In this document: piece by piece, positions 1 through 10,427 of the stretch
Layout: each line of letters begins with the position of its first letter
How positions within the stretch are numbered: the first letter of the stretch is position 1
From: Lentimicrobiaceae bacterium
GTDB lineage: Bacteria; Bacteroidota; Bacteroidia; Bacteroidales; JAAYJT01
NCBI GenBank assembly: GCA_037445555.1
Contig: JBBIKG010000012.1
Span: forward strand, 14,016-78,015
Reading direction: 5' to 3'
DNA length: 64,000 nucleotides
Notes under the pieces: generated by a model
Told to the model about the DNA's origin: nothing
Databases searched by the model: none
The model's input: the letters and a program-made list of their open reading frames with translations, nothing else
Made by a program: the position numbers and the translations under genes

Positions 1-158
1 CTGAGCCGGGTGCCGTTTCCGTTTTTGATGGCTACTGACTTATGCCGGAAAGCCTGTTGGTAGAGTGCCAGATTGCCTGGTGTGAAACCAAAGAGATTTT
101 TAATCTGGCCACGTAAATCATCTCTGGGAAACAGGCGTTCCCTAAACCAACGAATCAT
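1..158 (-). CDS. rnc: ribonuclease III, N-terminal part (runs off window start)
   Basis: Manual translation from ATG at 158: MIRWFRERLFPRDDLRGQIKNLFGFTPGNLALYQQAFRHKSVAIKNGNGTRL. LY.QAF.HKS matches the RNase III N-terminus; position downstream of acpP-fabF is typical of Bacteroidota. Confidence 0.85.
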   Translation of the reverse strand, partial: MIRWFRERLFPRDDLRGQIKNLFGFTPGNLALYQQAFRHKSVAIKNGNGTRL

Positions 159-173
159 AATTAACCCAAAAGG

Positions 174-1427
174 TTAGCCGAGGTATTTTTTAAATACAAT
201 ACTGACATTATGCCCCCCGAAACCAAAGGTATTGGTCAGGGCGTAATTAACTACCCTGTGTTTGGCTGTATGGAAGGTGAAGTCTAGTTTGTTGTCTATC
301 TCGGGGTCGTCAGTAAAATGGTTGATGGTAGGAGGTACCACATCGTTTTGTGCGGCGAGCACGGTAGCGATGGCTTCCACAGCTCCGGCGGCACCCAGCA
401 GATGCCCTGTCATCGATTTGGTGGAATTAATGCTGATGTCATAGGCATGCTCGCCAAAGAGGTTTACAATGGCTTTTGGCTCAGCAATATCGCCAAGGGG
501 TGTGCTTGTACCGTGTGTATTGATATGATCGATATCGGCGGTGGTGATACCGGCTTCGCGGATTGCCTCCTTCATCGAATTATATGCTCCTAATCCTTCG
601 GGATGAGGTGCGGTGATATGGTTAGCGTCGGCGGTGAGGCCTGCACCAACTACTTCGGCATAGATTTTAGCTCCTCGGCGAATGGCATGGTCATAATCTT
701 CAAGGATTAGTGCCCCTGCGCCTTCTGCGATAACAAACCCGTCGCGGTCTCTGTCGAAAGGGCGGCTGGCAGTTTTGGGGTCATCGTTTCGGGTTGATAG
801 AGCATGCAATGCATTAAATCCGCCCACTGAAACAATGTTGATACTTGCTTCGCTTCCGCCACAGACAATCAGGTCGGCTTTGCCCAGGAGAAGGTAATAG
901 AATGCGTCAACAATGGCGTTGGCAGAGCTGGCACAGGCGGATACGGTGGCGAAATTCAGACCCCGGAACCCATACTTGATAGAAATATGCCCCGCAGTAA
1001 TATCAGCAATCATTTTTGGCACCAGAAAAGGACTGAAGCGCGGTGTACCATCGCCCTGGCAAAAACCCATGATTTCTTCAGCAATGGTTTCGATGCCTCC
1101 AATGCCGCTGGCCCAGATTACACCTACCCTGTCCAGGTCAATTGCCGATACGTCAATGCCGGCATCGCGGATGGCCTCGTCGGCTGTGACTATCCCATAC
1201 TGCGAAAAACGATCGTACTTCCGGGCCTCTTTTCTTTCAAAAAATTTAGAAGCATCAAAGCCCTTGATTTCACAGGCAAATTGCGTTTTGCATTTTGCGG
1301 GATCGAAGCGCGTTATGGTATTAGCGCCGCTGACTCCATTCAGCAACGCATCCCAGTATTCCGTAATGTTGTTACCGATTGGAGTCAGCGCGCCTAAACC
1401 AGTAATTACTACTCGCTTAGACTTCAT
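174..1427 (-). CDS. fabF: beta-ketoacyl-ACP synthase II
   Basis: RVVITGLG start, SACASS catalytic Cys, HGTSTPLGD, KSMTGHLLGAAG, NTFGFGGHN; follows acpP. Confidence 0.97.
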   Translation of the reverse strand: MKSKRVVITGLGALTPIGNNITEYWDALLNGVSGANTITRFDPAKCKTQFACEIKGFDASKFFERKEARKYDRFSQYGIVTADEAIRDAGIDVSAIDLDRVGVIWASGIGGIETIAEEIMGFCQGDGTPRFSPFLVPKMIADITAGHISIKYGFRGLNFATVSACASSANAIVDAFYYLLLGKADLIVCGGSEASINIVSVGGFNALHALSTRNDDPKTASRPFDRDRDGFVIAEGAGALILEDYDHAIRRGAKIYAEVVGAGLTADANHITAPHPEGLGAYNSMKEAIREAGITTADIDHINTHGTSTPLGDIAEPKAIVNLFGEHAYDISINSTKSMTGHLLGAAGAVEAIATVLAAQNDVVPPTINHFTDDPEIDNKLDFTFHTAKHRVVNYALTNTFGFGGHNVSIVFKKYLG

Positions 1428-1438
1428 CAAAGAGTAAA

Positions 1439-1675
1439 TTACTTAACAAGGCTTTCGATGTAGGTAATGGCTTCGCCAACCGTGGCAATCTTTTCAGCCT
1501 GGTCGTCGGGAATCTGCATACCGAACTCTTTTTCGAATTCCATGATGAGCTCAACAGTGTCGAGTGAATCGGCACCGAGGTCGTTGGTGAAGCTAGCTTC
1601 GGGTGTAACTTCGCTTTCATCAACACCAAGCTTATCAACAATGATAGCTTTTACTTTTGCTGCAATGTCTGACAT
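1439..1675 (-). CDS. acpP: acyl carrier protein
   Basis: 78 aa acidic protein with [12 protein letters not shown] phosphopantetheine site. Confidence 0.98.
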   Translation of the reverse strand: MSDIAAKVKAIIVDKLGVDESEVTPEASFTNDLGADSLDTVELIMEFEKEFGMQIPDDQAEKIATVGEAITYIESLVK

Positions 1676-1897
1676 TTTTTCTCCTTTTTTAAGATTTGCG
1701 ATGCAAAGGAAATTATTAAATCGAAAAAAACAAAAAAATCACTGAATTATTTTGAGCCAACAAAACACATCTCACTCATTAACAATCAAATGCACCTGTC
1801 AGCCATATGTTTTGTGATCTTACGCTGGTTATAATTTTCAGGGAATTAGGTTCGCCTGCAAGCGAAGTGAATTTAATTCACTTTCAGGTACGTTTAA

Positions 1898-4216
1898 CTA
1901 TTTAATCACTATGACTTTACCGGAATAGATTTCCCGGCCGTTTTCTATTCGAAGGTGGTATATTCCGTTGCCAAGACCCGATAAATCAAGTGGAATCGGA
2001 TATTCGGGTGAAAATATCCGCCAGGTTCTGATTACTTTTCCGGCAATATCACAAACAGTTAGTACGCAGGGCTGCCGGGGCTTTGAAGGCAGGCTTACAA
2101 TGACCTGGCCATGCGAAGGATTTGGACTGATGTGCAGTGCGTTGATCCTAGGGGTTTCTCCCTTTGATGTTTCATTATCATTATTTGTTTGCACAATCTG
2201 TGGAAGGATCTGAATCATACTTTGATACGTCACTCTGTTATAGGCAAACAAGACTAGTTTTGCCCATCCCGGGTCGAGGGGCCCTGAAAACTGCAACGCT
2301 GCCTGATGATTTGTTATTCGCCCCACGGCAAGGATGCTGTCGCCCATGCTCAGGCAAACCATGGCGCCTTCGGCATCTGAATTGATCTCTATGCATGTAA
2401 CATCTGACCGGATGGCAGACGGGTGAGCAGCCTTTATTGCAGCGGGCATGTTCGTGCGAAATACCAGCGAAGGATCGCCAAAGAGTATCCAGGAGTCATG
2501 AGCTATGCGGCCTTCGGTTCCGTAGTGATCGATCATCCGCATACTTCCGGAGGTCGTAATGCCTCCAAGTGTTTTCATCCAGTTTTCTGACGGCCCTGTC
2601 AACAAGGCAATCATTTCGTCCTGCCCCGTCATCGGAGGCTGCCATGTTTGTTTCGAAGCCGAGAATTTGCCGCCAAGAGCTCCGGTTGGCTCGCGGCTTA
2701 TAGGGTCAGTGGCCCACATCCATTGTTCGGCAAAACAAGTGTTTTGTATAAAATTCCCCGCCTCACAAGCCACCGAAAAGATTATGGGCCACTTGCGGAG
2801 ATTAGACAACTGCCCCACCTGGGGGGCTCCATATCCTCCCACCCTCCACCCTGCTGAGGTGCCATGTCCGCAATAATTCACCAGCGATACTCCCGAGTTT
2901 ATCCGGTTTGAGATTTGTTCGGCAGAGGTGTTTTGCAGGCTGGGCAAATTGGCTTCATATTCACGAAAAACATTTCGATAGGTGTAGCTAAGCAATACAT
3001 CTCGGATCCCATCCATGTGAACATAGTCAGATTCTCCGTTGCGATGGCCTCTACCGTCGCCTTCATTGCGTGCAATGCCCATGGCCTGGGTTAACCAATT
3101 GGCGTCCGATCCAACTTCGCGTTCATAATACAATACCTTCTTTACCTGGTTTTGGACCTGCATTGGATTATTGGCCGGAAATCGTCCAACCAGTACTTCG
3201 TTGTATGAATCATCCCCTTCTAAATATCCGTAGTAATTATCAGAGTACTCGCCAGCTATCAGCTTTGCCGGTATATGTTCATGATCGCCCACGAGCAGCA
3301 GATAAGTTAATCCATTCGACTTGTAGTATTCTTTTACGAAGTCTCTGATTTTTTCAGGCTGAGAACTAATACGAGAAACATTTTTAACCACGGCATTTAT
3401 CCCACGTGATCTCTTCCACGAAACAAAGGGTTTGATTTCATTAATGAATTCGACTGGGCAAAGAATCAGCATATTTTCAGTTATGGCGCTTCCGGAATTT
3501 TTAACTGGTAAATAATTCACAAACTGCTCACGGAAGATGTTTTCAAACTCGGCAGATAATAATTGGCCTCTTAAGCTCTTCAGCGGCGGAAGCTGACCGC
3601 CGTTTCCCTCTTCAAACACCTCGATCTCCAGTTGGTCGTACACCTTTAGCAGCAGTGATTCCGGTTGATAGACAAAGGGGTTGACAACCAGGGTCTGTCC
3701 GCTCAATTCACGTAACTGATATGGGGCACGCAGGTAACAGATTTGATCCGGTAGCGGCACCTCCGAGGTAATACTTTGAAAATAAAGGCTAAGGCTATCA
3801 TTGCCGGCCCTGAAAAGATGGCCAGCAGAGGGGGCAATTTTTATATCGGAATACTCCCGCCAGGAGTAGTTTACAACTCTTACACGGCTCCGGCTGTGAG
3901 GTGCAACGACCAATGACAGGCAAAGGCAGGGCAGGGAATGGGATCCGCTTCGGAGAATCGGTACCATGCCTGGCACCTCAACTTTATAAGCACCACTGTC
4001 AGCTTCACCGAGATAAAACCCCTGAATTGTCAGTCTGACCACCGTGGATTGCGCTGATGAAGAAACAACCTCAGTGATGACTGATGCCGGTGTGTTTGAT
4101 CTTATCCCCACCCACTGCTTTCCGCTGGCTGGCACAACCAATGCACATAACATCCATATCAGCACATGTTTCCGCCAGTAAGTAACTGATGAATTAGATG
4201 AGGGTATCAGCTTCAT
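1898..4216 (-). CDS. C25 (gingipain-family) cysteine peptidase with propeptide and T9SS C-terminal sorting domain
   Basis: YLLLVGD, VGRFP, NYCGHG (catalytic His-Gly), SVACEAG (catalytic Cys), LFGDPSL; C-terminal ISPNPS...LDLSGLGNGIYHLRI...KVIVIK. Start codon uncertain. Confidence 0.88.
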   Translation of the reverse strand: MKLIPSSNSSVTYWRKHVLIWMLCALVVPASGKQWVGIRSNTPASVITEVVSSSAQSTVVRLTIQGFYLGEADSGAYKVEVPGMVPILRSGSHSLPCLCLSLVVAPHSRSRVRVVNYSWREYSDIKIAPSAGHLFRAGNDSLSLYFQSITSEVPLPDQICYLRAPYQLRELSGQTLVVNPFVYQPESLLLKVYDQLEIEVFEEGNGGQLPPLKSLRGQLLSAEFENIFREQFVNYLPVKNSGSAITENMLILCPVEFINEIKPFVSWKRSRGINAVVKNVSRISSQPEKIRDFVKEYYKSNGLTYLLLVGDHEHIPAKLIAGEYSDNYYGYLEGDDSYNEVLVGRFPANNPMQVQNQVKKVLYYEREVGSDANWLTQAMGIARNEGDGRGHRNGESDYVHMDGIRDVLLSYTYRNVFREYEANLPSLQNTSAEQISNRINSGVSLVNYCGHGTSAGWRVGGYGAPQVGQLSNLRKWPIIFSVACEAGNFIQNTCFAEQWMWATDPISREPTGALGGKFSASKQTWQPPMTGQDEMIALLTGPSENWMKTLGGITTSGSMRMIDHYGTEGRIAHDSWILFGDPSLVFRTNMPAAIKAAHPSAIRSDVTCIEINSDAEGAMVCLSMGDSILAVGRITNHQAALQFSGPLDPGWAKLVLFAYNRVTYQSMIQILPQIVQTNNDNETSKGETPRINALHISPNPSHGQVIVSLPSKPRQPCVLTVCDIAGKVIRTWRIFSPEYPIPLDLSGLGNGIYHLRIENGREIYSGKVIVIK

Positions 4217-4457
4217 GCATAACACTTAAAAAACTGCTTAGATCGATTCGGCCCTCCAGTAATAAATACATCTTCCACTCAAGCCCCGTTACGGGTTCCT
4301 CTTTGAGCGCAGGTGATTCATACCCGGCAGATTCAAAGTTAATACAAACCTGACTGTAATTTACCCGTGTGTAAATTAACAATAAATTTGCAGTTACACA
4401 ACCTTTTAAACGCCGGGAAACGAAGCTCTCAGACAGCCGGGGTTCCCGCTGCCTTTA

Positions 4458-5690
4458 TCAGGATAAGCGCAGATTAAAGAAGTTTGAGGTGATACGATGG
4501 GCAGGAAGCCAGGCAGCGGGTATTGAGATAACCATGACCATAAGGAAAACCAGCACAAAGTCAGAAAGCTGCAGTTTGACCGGGTATGCATCCACCACAA
4601 ATGCACCTTCGCCACCGCTAAGGGGAACAATACCAAACTTAATCTGAACAAGGCATATTATGGCACCCAGAATCATTCCCATAATAGCCCCGGACAGAGA
4701 AATGAGCAGACCTTCGGAATAAAAGATTTTTCTGATCAGGTTTTTATCAGCTCCGAAGCTATGCAGCACGGCAATGTCTTTCTTCTTGTCGAGGATCAGC
4801 ATCGACAGCGTCCCCAGAATATTGAATGTTGCCACAAAAAGAATGAAGGAAAGAATAAAAAAAATCGCCAGCTTCTCAGACTTCATAATCTTGTACAACA
4901 GAGCTTGCTGTTCGTAGCGATCCTTGACAACAAATAGTTCGCCAACGAGCTCTTTTACCTGTTTTTTAATGATCTCGGGACTTGATCTTTTGTCTGTTCC
5001 AAGCTCCACAGCCGTGAGTTCCTCGTTGTATTGAAACAGATCGCGAGCAAAGCGCAGGGAGGTCAATGTATATTTTGTATCAAAGTCATGCTGAATCGAA
5101 AAAATTCCGCTGGGGAATGCCACACGGCTGTTAAATGCCTGCTCGGCCAGCGGGCCATAAGTGGCATTGCGCCTTGGGGCATACACGGATATGGGGGTTT
5201 CGTAATCATTAAGATTAGACCCCAGCATATAAGCCACACCATAGCCTAGAACCAGGTAGTCATAGTCTCCTTTTTCGAAAAGCAGGCTGCCATTAATCAT
5301 CATCGTATCAAGCCCGCTGGATTTCCTGAAATCTTCTCCTACCCCTTTCAGTGTGACAAGAGCTTGCCTGTTTTGATATTTTAGCAGGGCAGTTTCCTCA
5401 AGCACTTCGACATAGGATATAACTCCCGGTATCTTTTCAATGGCATTACGGTCAAGATCGGCTGAATCGAAGTTCTTTCCTTCGGCCAGAGTAATTTTTA
5501 GGTCGGGATCAAACGAATTGAACAGTGACTTAACGAGCGATTCGAACCCATTGAACACGGAAAGCACGATAATGAGTGCCATAGTGCCAACCATAACGCC
5601 AATGAGTGAGATGAGCGAAATGATATTGATAATGTTATGGCTTTTTTTCGAAATCAGATACCGACGAGCGATATGTAGTGAGAGATTCAC
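4458..5690 (-). CDS. LolC/E-FtsX-like ABC transporter permease (lipoprotein release)
   Basis: IARRYL, LSVFNGFE, DKKKDIAVLHSFGA; 4-TM MacB/LolE layout. Confidence 0.88.
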   Translation of the reverse strand: MNLSLHIARRYLISKKSHNIINIISLISLIGVMVGTMALIIVLSVFNGFESLVKSLFNSFDPDLKITLAEGKNFDSADLDRNAIEKIPGVISYVEVLEETALLKYQNRQALVTLKGVGEDFRKSSGLDTMMINGSLLFEKGDYDYLVLGYGVAYMLGSNLNDYETPISVYAPRRNATYGPLAEQAFNSRVAFPSGIFSIQHDFDTKYTLTSLRFARDLFQYNEELTAVELGTDKRSSPEIIKKQVKELVGELFVVKDRYEQQALLYKIMKSEKLAIFFILSFILFVATFNILGTLSMLILDKKKDIAVLHSFGADKNLIRKIFYSEGLLISLSGAIMGMILGAIICLVQIKFGIVPLSGGEGAFVVDAYPVKLQLSDFVLVFLMVMVISIPAAWLPAHRITSNFFNLRLS

Positions 5691-6520
5691 TGTGCAGAAT
5701 TTTCGGGAGGTGATAATTTTAAAGCTTTAACGATAAGCCCTGTCCCTTTGGTGTGCCTTCTGTTTACATCGATCAGGTTTAGAAGTAGGCAAAGAGGTAT
5801 GGTGACAAGATAGTAGAAAGGAAGCAGAAGAAGGAACCATTTTGAAAGCCCCAGAATGAGCATCGGGTATTTCATGGATAATTTCCATGCGATTTGCCCT
5901 GGGTTCCCGTAAGAATAACCTGCCTCAACCTTCGAGAAGCCCGCGTGCATAAGTTTCCCCTTTATCTCTTCCATTCCATACCCATTACGAACATGCTCAC
6001 CGATAAATGACTCATCATGTGCATCTTCCGCATCTGAGCCTCCCAGATCAGAGGGGGTGGATATAATCAGTAAAGCTCCGGGCCGCAATGCGTGATAAAG
6101 GTTTTTGAATACCAAGACGTCGTCGACAATATGCTCCATCACATCGATGGAGATGGCCAGGTCGTATTTGTTTTCCTCGTGAAATTGGGTCAGGTCGGCC
6201 TGAATAAACCTTGCATTCGTCAGCTTTCTGTGGGCAAAGAACCGGGTACAGTCATCCACCTGTTCCTTTTTAAGGTCAACCCCGGACACCAAAGATCGGG
6301 TATAACGACTTGCAATAAAATAAGTGTATTGTCCAAACCCGCTTCCGGCATCCAACACTTCAATCGGCCGTTGGCGAGATCCGGCAAACCTTTTGATTTC
6401 CCTCTTTACGTACCAGGCTCGAAGCAACACGAGGTCGAGCATTTTATATATTATGACCCTGGCAATGGGATGGTAGCCGGCCAGCTTTCCAATGGTTGTT
6501 TTGATGGGGTCGTAAAGCAT
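5687..6520 (-). CDS. class I SAM-dependent methyltransferase
   Basis: VLDAGSGFG motif I, GVD, DVMEHI, LRPGALLIISTP. Confidence 0.85.
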   Translation of the reverse strand: MLYDPIKTTIGKLAGYHPIARVIIYKMLDLVLLRAWYVKREIKRFAGSRQRPIEVLDAGSGFGQYTYFIASRYTRSLVSGVDLKKEQVDDCTRFFAHRKLTNARFIQADLTQFHEENKYDLAISIDVMEHIVDDVLVFKNLYHALRPGALLIISTPSDLGGSDAEDAHDESFIGEHVRNGYGMEEIKGKLMHAGFSKVEAGYSYGNPGQIAWKLSMKYPMLILGLSKWFLLLLPFYYLVTIPLCLLLNLIDVNRRHTKGTGLIVKALKLSPPENSAQ

Positions 6521-6544
6521 TTGAAATGACAGGGTTAAAAAGGG

Positions 6545-6883
6545 CTATCCATGCAGAAGCTGGTCAATACGCTCGATATAATCGAGCGAGTCGTCGAGAT
6601 AGAAGTGTAGCTCGGGGACCACCCTTACCTGGTGTTTAATTCTGTTTCCGAGGTGATATCGTAAATCGCCGGCATGGGCTATTATTTTATTGAGCAGACC
6701 GCTTTTATCCTGCGTGGCAAAGAGGCTCACAAAAACTTTTGCCGACGAGAGGTCTCTACTTACCCGGACCTTTGTTACCGTAATCATGGCCCCATCAAAA
6801 TGGTTTCGTGATTCGCTGATAAAAATATCGCCAAGGTCGCGCTGGAGCAGTTTGGCTATTTTGTTTTGTCTGACTGTTTCCAT
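6545..6883 (-). CDS. rbfA: ribosome-binding factor A
   Basis: RQNKIAKLLQRDL, ITVTKVRVSRDLSSAKVFVS, RVVPELHFYLDDSL. Confidence 0.96.
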   Translation of the reverse strand: METVRQNKIAKLLQRDLGDIFISESRNHFDGAMITVTKVRVSRDLSSAKVFVSLFATQDKSGLLNKIIAHAGDLRYHLGNRIKHQVRVVPELHFYLDDSLDYIERIDQLLHG

Positions 6884-7053
6884 AGTGCAAAAGTAGGATT
6901 AATTGGTTTAGCGCAATATTTTCAAAGCCAGGGGAGTGTTGCCCGGCACTAAAACGGTCGGCAGGTAGTCTCGCCAGTAATGTAGCGGCGAAGGACGCAA
7001 AAAAAGCATTTTACGTTGGCCGTTATTGCAAACGAGTAATAAATTTGCGCCCG

Positions 7054-7083
7054 ATGCAACTTCCTGGGCCTGATTATCGTCAA
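7054..7083 (+). promoter_or_regulatory. putative ECF sigma-factor promoter (ATGCAAC-N17-CGTCA)
   Basis: AAC...CGT with 17-nt spacer about 30 nt upstream of the 7112 ORF; same motif occurs upstream of the ECF sigma gene at 15197-15225. Confidence 0.55.
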
Positions 7084-7111
7084 TAAATGTAACAAATTTA
7101 ACCATACCATT

Positions 7112-8938
7112 ATGAGAAAATATTTGATGAGTGCGATCCTGGCTGCTGGTTTAACAAATGTACTTTGGGCTCAATATTATGGCGACAGGCCCCTGGAGAT
7201 GTCGTTTGAGAAAACCGAGTTCTTTTTCAGGCCTATTTATCTCAACCCGCTGAGCACAGAGAATTTCGAAGGGCCTTCGCTTGTAGGCCTACATAACACT
7301 TTAATCGACCTACAACGCAACCCGGCAAATCTTTCTAGATTTGATAAAGATTCGCTGCCTGGCAGCTATTTTTATGTCGATTTTAGAAACTCCAGGAGCA
7401 TACTGAATAACCATTATGGCGGCATCTATCCCTACGATAAACTAAGCGTATCTTCCATCGCCCCGCGATATGGCTACTATTATACCTCTGAGCGGAAGGA
7501 ACTCACTCCGTTGATGAGCATTGCCTGGCTTTCGAGGCTGCCCGTTTTCAATAAATCAGTGACCCTGGGTGTTACCTATCAGGTAATTACGCTGGGAGAA
7601 AAATATTATTCCATCCCTTACGATATCTACCGCAATGCAGCCGGAAAAAACCTTGACGGAGCCTCATATGCAGGCTTGGAGAACTATACAATCACTGACA
7701 GGTTTTCGGGTTCTGACGAAATGTATCACGAGGGACATTCCATCCAAATATTTTCGGCTTACGAAATTAATGAGCAGTTGACCTTAGGAATCAAGGCCGG
7801 AAAGTTTTTGTTTGATCGTGACGGAAGCTTGGGGAGTAATAACATCTGGGATCAGCAACCCGGCTACCAGAACTACTGGAAAACTAACGAATCCAGAAAC
7901 CAGCAATACGATCACTTGGATTTTTCGCTTGGAGCAACCTATAAACAAAACAGCAGTACGTATGGCGCTTATGCCGGGTTCCTTTCCGGTAATGTGTCGC
8001 AACTCATGACCCGAAAGGATGATTCCTATTCTCAATATGGCTCAAAAGGCACAAATAACTGGAGTCTTTACAAGGGATGGTATACCTCGGACCAGGACTG
8101 GAACCATGAAGGAAATACCTACTATTCTTCACTTCAGATGGAGCACGAGTTGAATAACAGTACCCGGTTCAGACTGATGTATGATTATTCCTATTCTGAC
8201 CTGGACTTAAGGCTGAAATCATCCATCGAAAACCAATCGGAGAACGAGTATTATTACAAATGGAACACAAACTCCAGCCAAAGCAACGGTTCGACCAAAA
8301 TGTATGATTTCAGGAACGGCTCAGGTGGAATATCTTCGGGTACACATATCATACGGGCAGCTTTAAGCTGGCAGGTAACCGCCCGTCAAACCTTTGTTCT
8401 AGGGGCTATCGCAGGGCTACGGTCTGAACAAACAAAAACGAGCGAACGGACTGATTCCTACAGCGAAGTAAACAACTATTACAAATACATAAACAACTCG
8501 AACGAAACCATCTCGGAATACTACCGCCTGGCCGATGAGGATAAAACGATTAACTGGGAATACTCTACCCGGATGCGAACTTTTCAGATGCCTGTATTTT
8601 ATCAGCTCGCTTTCAAGGAACGATATAAAATCCTGCTGGGGATTAACCGAAGCATGAATTTCTGGAGGGCTGACAACACCACGCTCATTCTGTACGATTA
8701 CCGCCGGCGAATCAATAACTCCGAGGTGCTGGTTGAACGTATGACCGGCGAGCGTATTACAGAACCCCGCGAACGGATGAGTGTTATAAAAACCAGCTTT
8801 TTAGGAAACTTTTGCTTTTCTCCTGCCAGGAATGTTGGAGTCAATTTTTCCATTTCACCCGAAGTTAGCAAAAGCTCATATTACGACTCTATGAAGGTGG
8901 GCATGCAGTTTTGGGTAGGCATATCGCTTCAGTTGTAG
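7112..8938 (+). CDS. hypothetical exported protein, probable outer-membrane beta-barrel
   Basis: Signal peptide ending WA-Q; Tyr/Asn/Ser-rich alternating beta-strands; C-terminal FWVGISLQL. Confidence 0.6.
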   Translation: MRKYLMSAILAAGLTNVLWAQYYGDRPLEMSFEKTEFFFRPIYLNPLSTENFEGPSLVGLHNTLIDLQRNPANLSRFDKDSLPGSYFYVDFRNSRSILNNHYGGIYPYDKLSVSSIAPRYGYYYTSERKELTPLMSIAWLSRLPVFNKSVTLGVTYQVITLGEKYYSIPYDIYRNAAGKNLDGASYAGLENYTITDRFSGSDEMYHEGHSIQIFSAYEINEQLTLGIKAGKFLFDRDGSLGSNNIWDQQPGYQNYWKTNESRNQQYDHLDFSLGATYKQNSSTYGAYAGFLSGNVSQLMTRKDDSYSQYGSKGTNNWSLYKGWYTSDQDWNHEGNTYYSSLQMEHELNNSTRFRLMYDYSYSDLDLRLKSSIENQSENEYYYKWNTNSSQSNGSTKMYDFRNGSGGISSGTHIIRAALSWQVTARQTFVLGAIAGLRSEQTKTSERTDSYSEVNNYYKYINNSNETISEYYRLADEDKTINWEYSTRMRTFQMPVFYQLAFKERYKILLGINRSMNFWRADNTTLILYDYRRRINNSEVLVERMTGERITEPRERMSVIKTSFLGNFCFSPARNVGVNFSISPEVSKSSYYDSMKVGMQFWVGISLQL

Positions 8939-9071
8939 CCGCACAGAAAAGAATTACTCCGGGATTACATCAAATTCTTACTTTTGTTTGATAAAGCCGG
9001 CTTTCAGGACTATTGAAGTTTCCCTGAGCTGCAGTATAGATTTGTGATGGCAGAACCCGAAGCCCTGAAAC

Positions 9072-10298
9072 ATGAAAAAAACTTCGCATTATTCGGCCGA
9101 TCTGAAGGAAAAAATTCTTCGATTAGCCGGCGAGATATATCCGCAACTGGTTGAATACAGGCGACATTTGCACGCCCACCCTGAACTGTCATTCCAGGAG
9201 CATCAGACCGCTGCTTTCATCGCCGGCAGGCTGACGGATATGGGAATTGCCTGTCGCACAGGCGTAGCGAAAACAGGCATTGTGGCCACGATCGAAGGGA
9301 TCAATCCTTATGCGGATCTGATTGCCCTGCGTGCTGACATGGATGCATTACCCATCAGCGAACAGTCGGACGTGAAATATGCTTCGATGCACCCGGGAGC
9401 GATGCATGCCTGCGGACACGATGCCCATATGGCTTCATTGCTGGGCACAGCTTATATTCTTCATCGTCTGTGCAACGAGTTTAACGGTAGTGTGCGGGTT
9501 ATATTTCAGCCATCGGAAGAGTCGCTGCCGGGTGGGGCAAAAATGATGATAGACGAGGGTGTACTTGACAACCCCCGACCTCGTTGTATTTTTGGTCAGC
9601 ACGTGTATTCACAGCTCAACACCGGACAGGTTGGATTTAGAAAAGGTCCTTCCATGGCTTCATCGGATGAGATCTATATACGCGTCATTGGCAAGGGGGG
9701 GCATGGCGCCACCCCTCACCTGGTGGTCGACCCCATAGTGGTTGGCGCACAACTGGTCACATCGCTGCAACAGGTCGTGAGTCGCCATGCCCCCCCGCAT
9801 GTGCCGAGTGTACTCAGTTTTGGCCGTTTCAATGCCAACGGGCGTATGAACATCATCCCCGATGAAGCCCAGCTGGAAGGCATCATCCGCACCTACGATG
9901 AATCGTGGCGTCAAAAAGCCCACGTATTAGTGCACCAGATTGCCACGTCGGTGTGTGAAGGAATGGGCGCCCGGTGCGAAGTTAATATCCGCAGCGGTTA
10001 TCCGGTGCTTGTCAATGATTCTGCCTTGACGAGCAGGGCAATCAGTGCGGCAGAAGAGTTGCTTGGCAATGAAAACATTAAGGAAATAGACCCCCTGATG
10101 ACCACCGAAGATTTTGCTTTTTATTCGCACATCATTCCATCGTGCTTTTATCGACTTGGTATTCGCAACACAGATAAAGGAATCATATCGTCTGTACATA
10201 CCTCAACCTTTGATATTGATGAGCAGGCGCTGCACACCGGAACCGCACTGATGGCATGGCTTGCCATCAGCGAGCTGGCACTGAAGTCAGAACCGTAA
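9072..10298 (+). CDS. M20D family amidohydrolase
   Basis: RRHLHAHPELSFQE, ALRADMDALP, MHACGHD, FQPSEE, GKGGHGA, EDF. Confidence 0.93.
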   Translation: MKKTSHYSADLKEKILRLAGEIYPQLVEYRRHLHAHPELSFQEHQTAAFIAGRLTDMGIACRTGVAKTGIVATIEGINPYADLIALRADMDALPISEQSDVKYASMHPGAMHACGHDAHMASLLGTAYILHRLCNEFNGSVRVIFQPSEESLPGGAKMMIDEGVLDNPRPRCIFGQHVYSQLNTGQVGFRKGPSMASSDEIYIRVIGKGGHGATPHLVVDPIVVGAQLVTSLQQVVSRHAPPHVPSVLSFGRFNANGRMNIIPDEAQLEGIIRTYDESWRQKAHVLVHQIATSVCEGMGARCEVNIRSGYPVLVNDSALTSRAISAAEELLGNENIKEIDPLMTTEDFAFYSHIIPSCFYRLGIRNTDKGIISSVHTSTFDIDEQALHTGTALMAWLAISELALKSEP

Positions 10299-10347
10299 CC
10301 TATGGTTTTTCCAAATGTACTTAGGTCTGCTCATAAGTGCAGATTTC

Positions 10348-10414
10348 AAAAAAACTCAACCCCGCAAACGCTCGCTGTCACAGAAACCTGCATCGGCTGA
10401 GGCTGCGGGGTTGA
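10348..10414 (-). terminator. inverted repeat with long loop and U-tract, probable terminator
   Basis: TCAACCCCGCA (10356-10366) and TGCGGGGTTGA (10404-10414); T-run follows on the minus strand; lies between convergent genes. Confidence 0.45.
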
Positions 10415-10427
10415 ATGGCTGTTGCGA

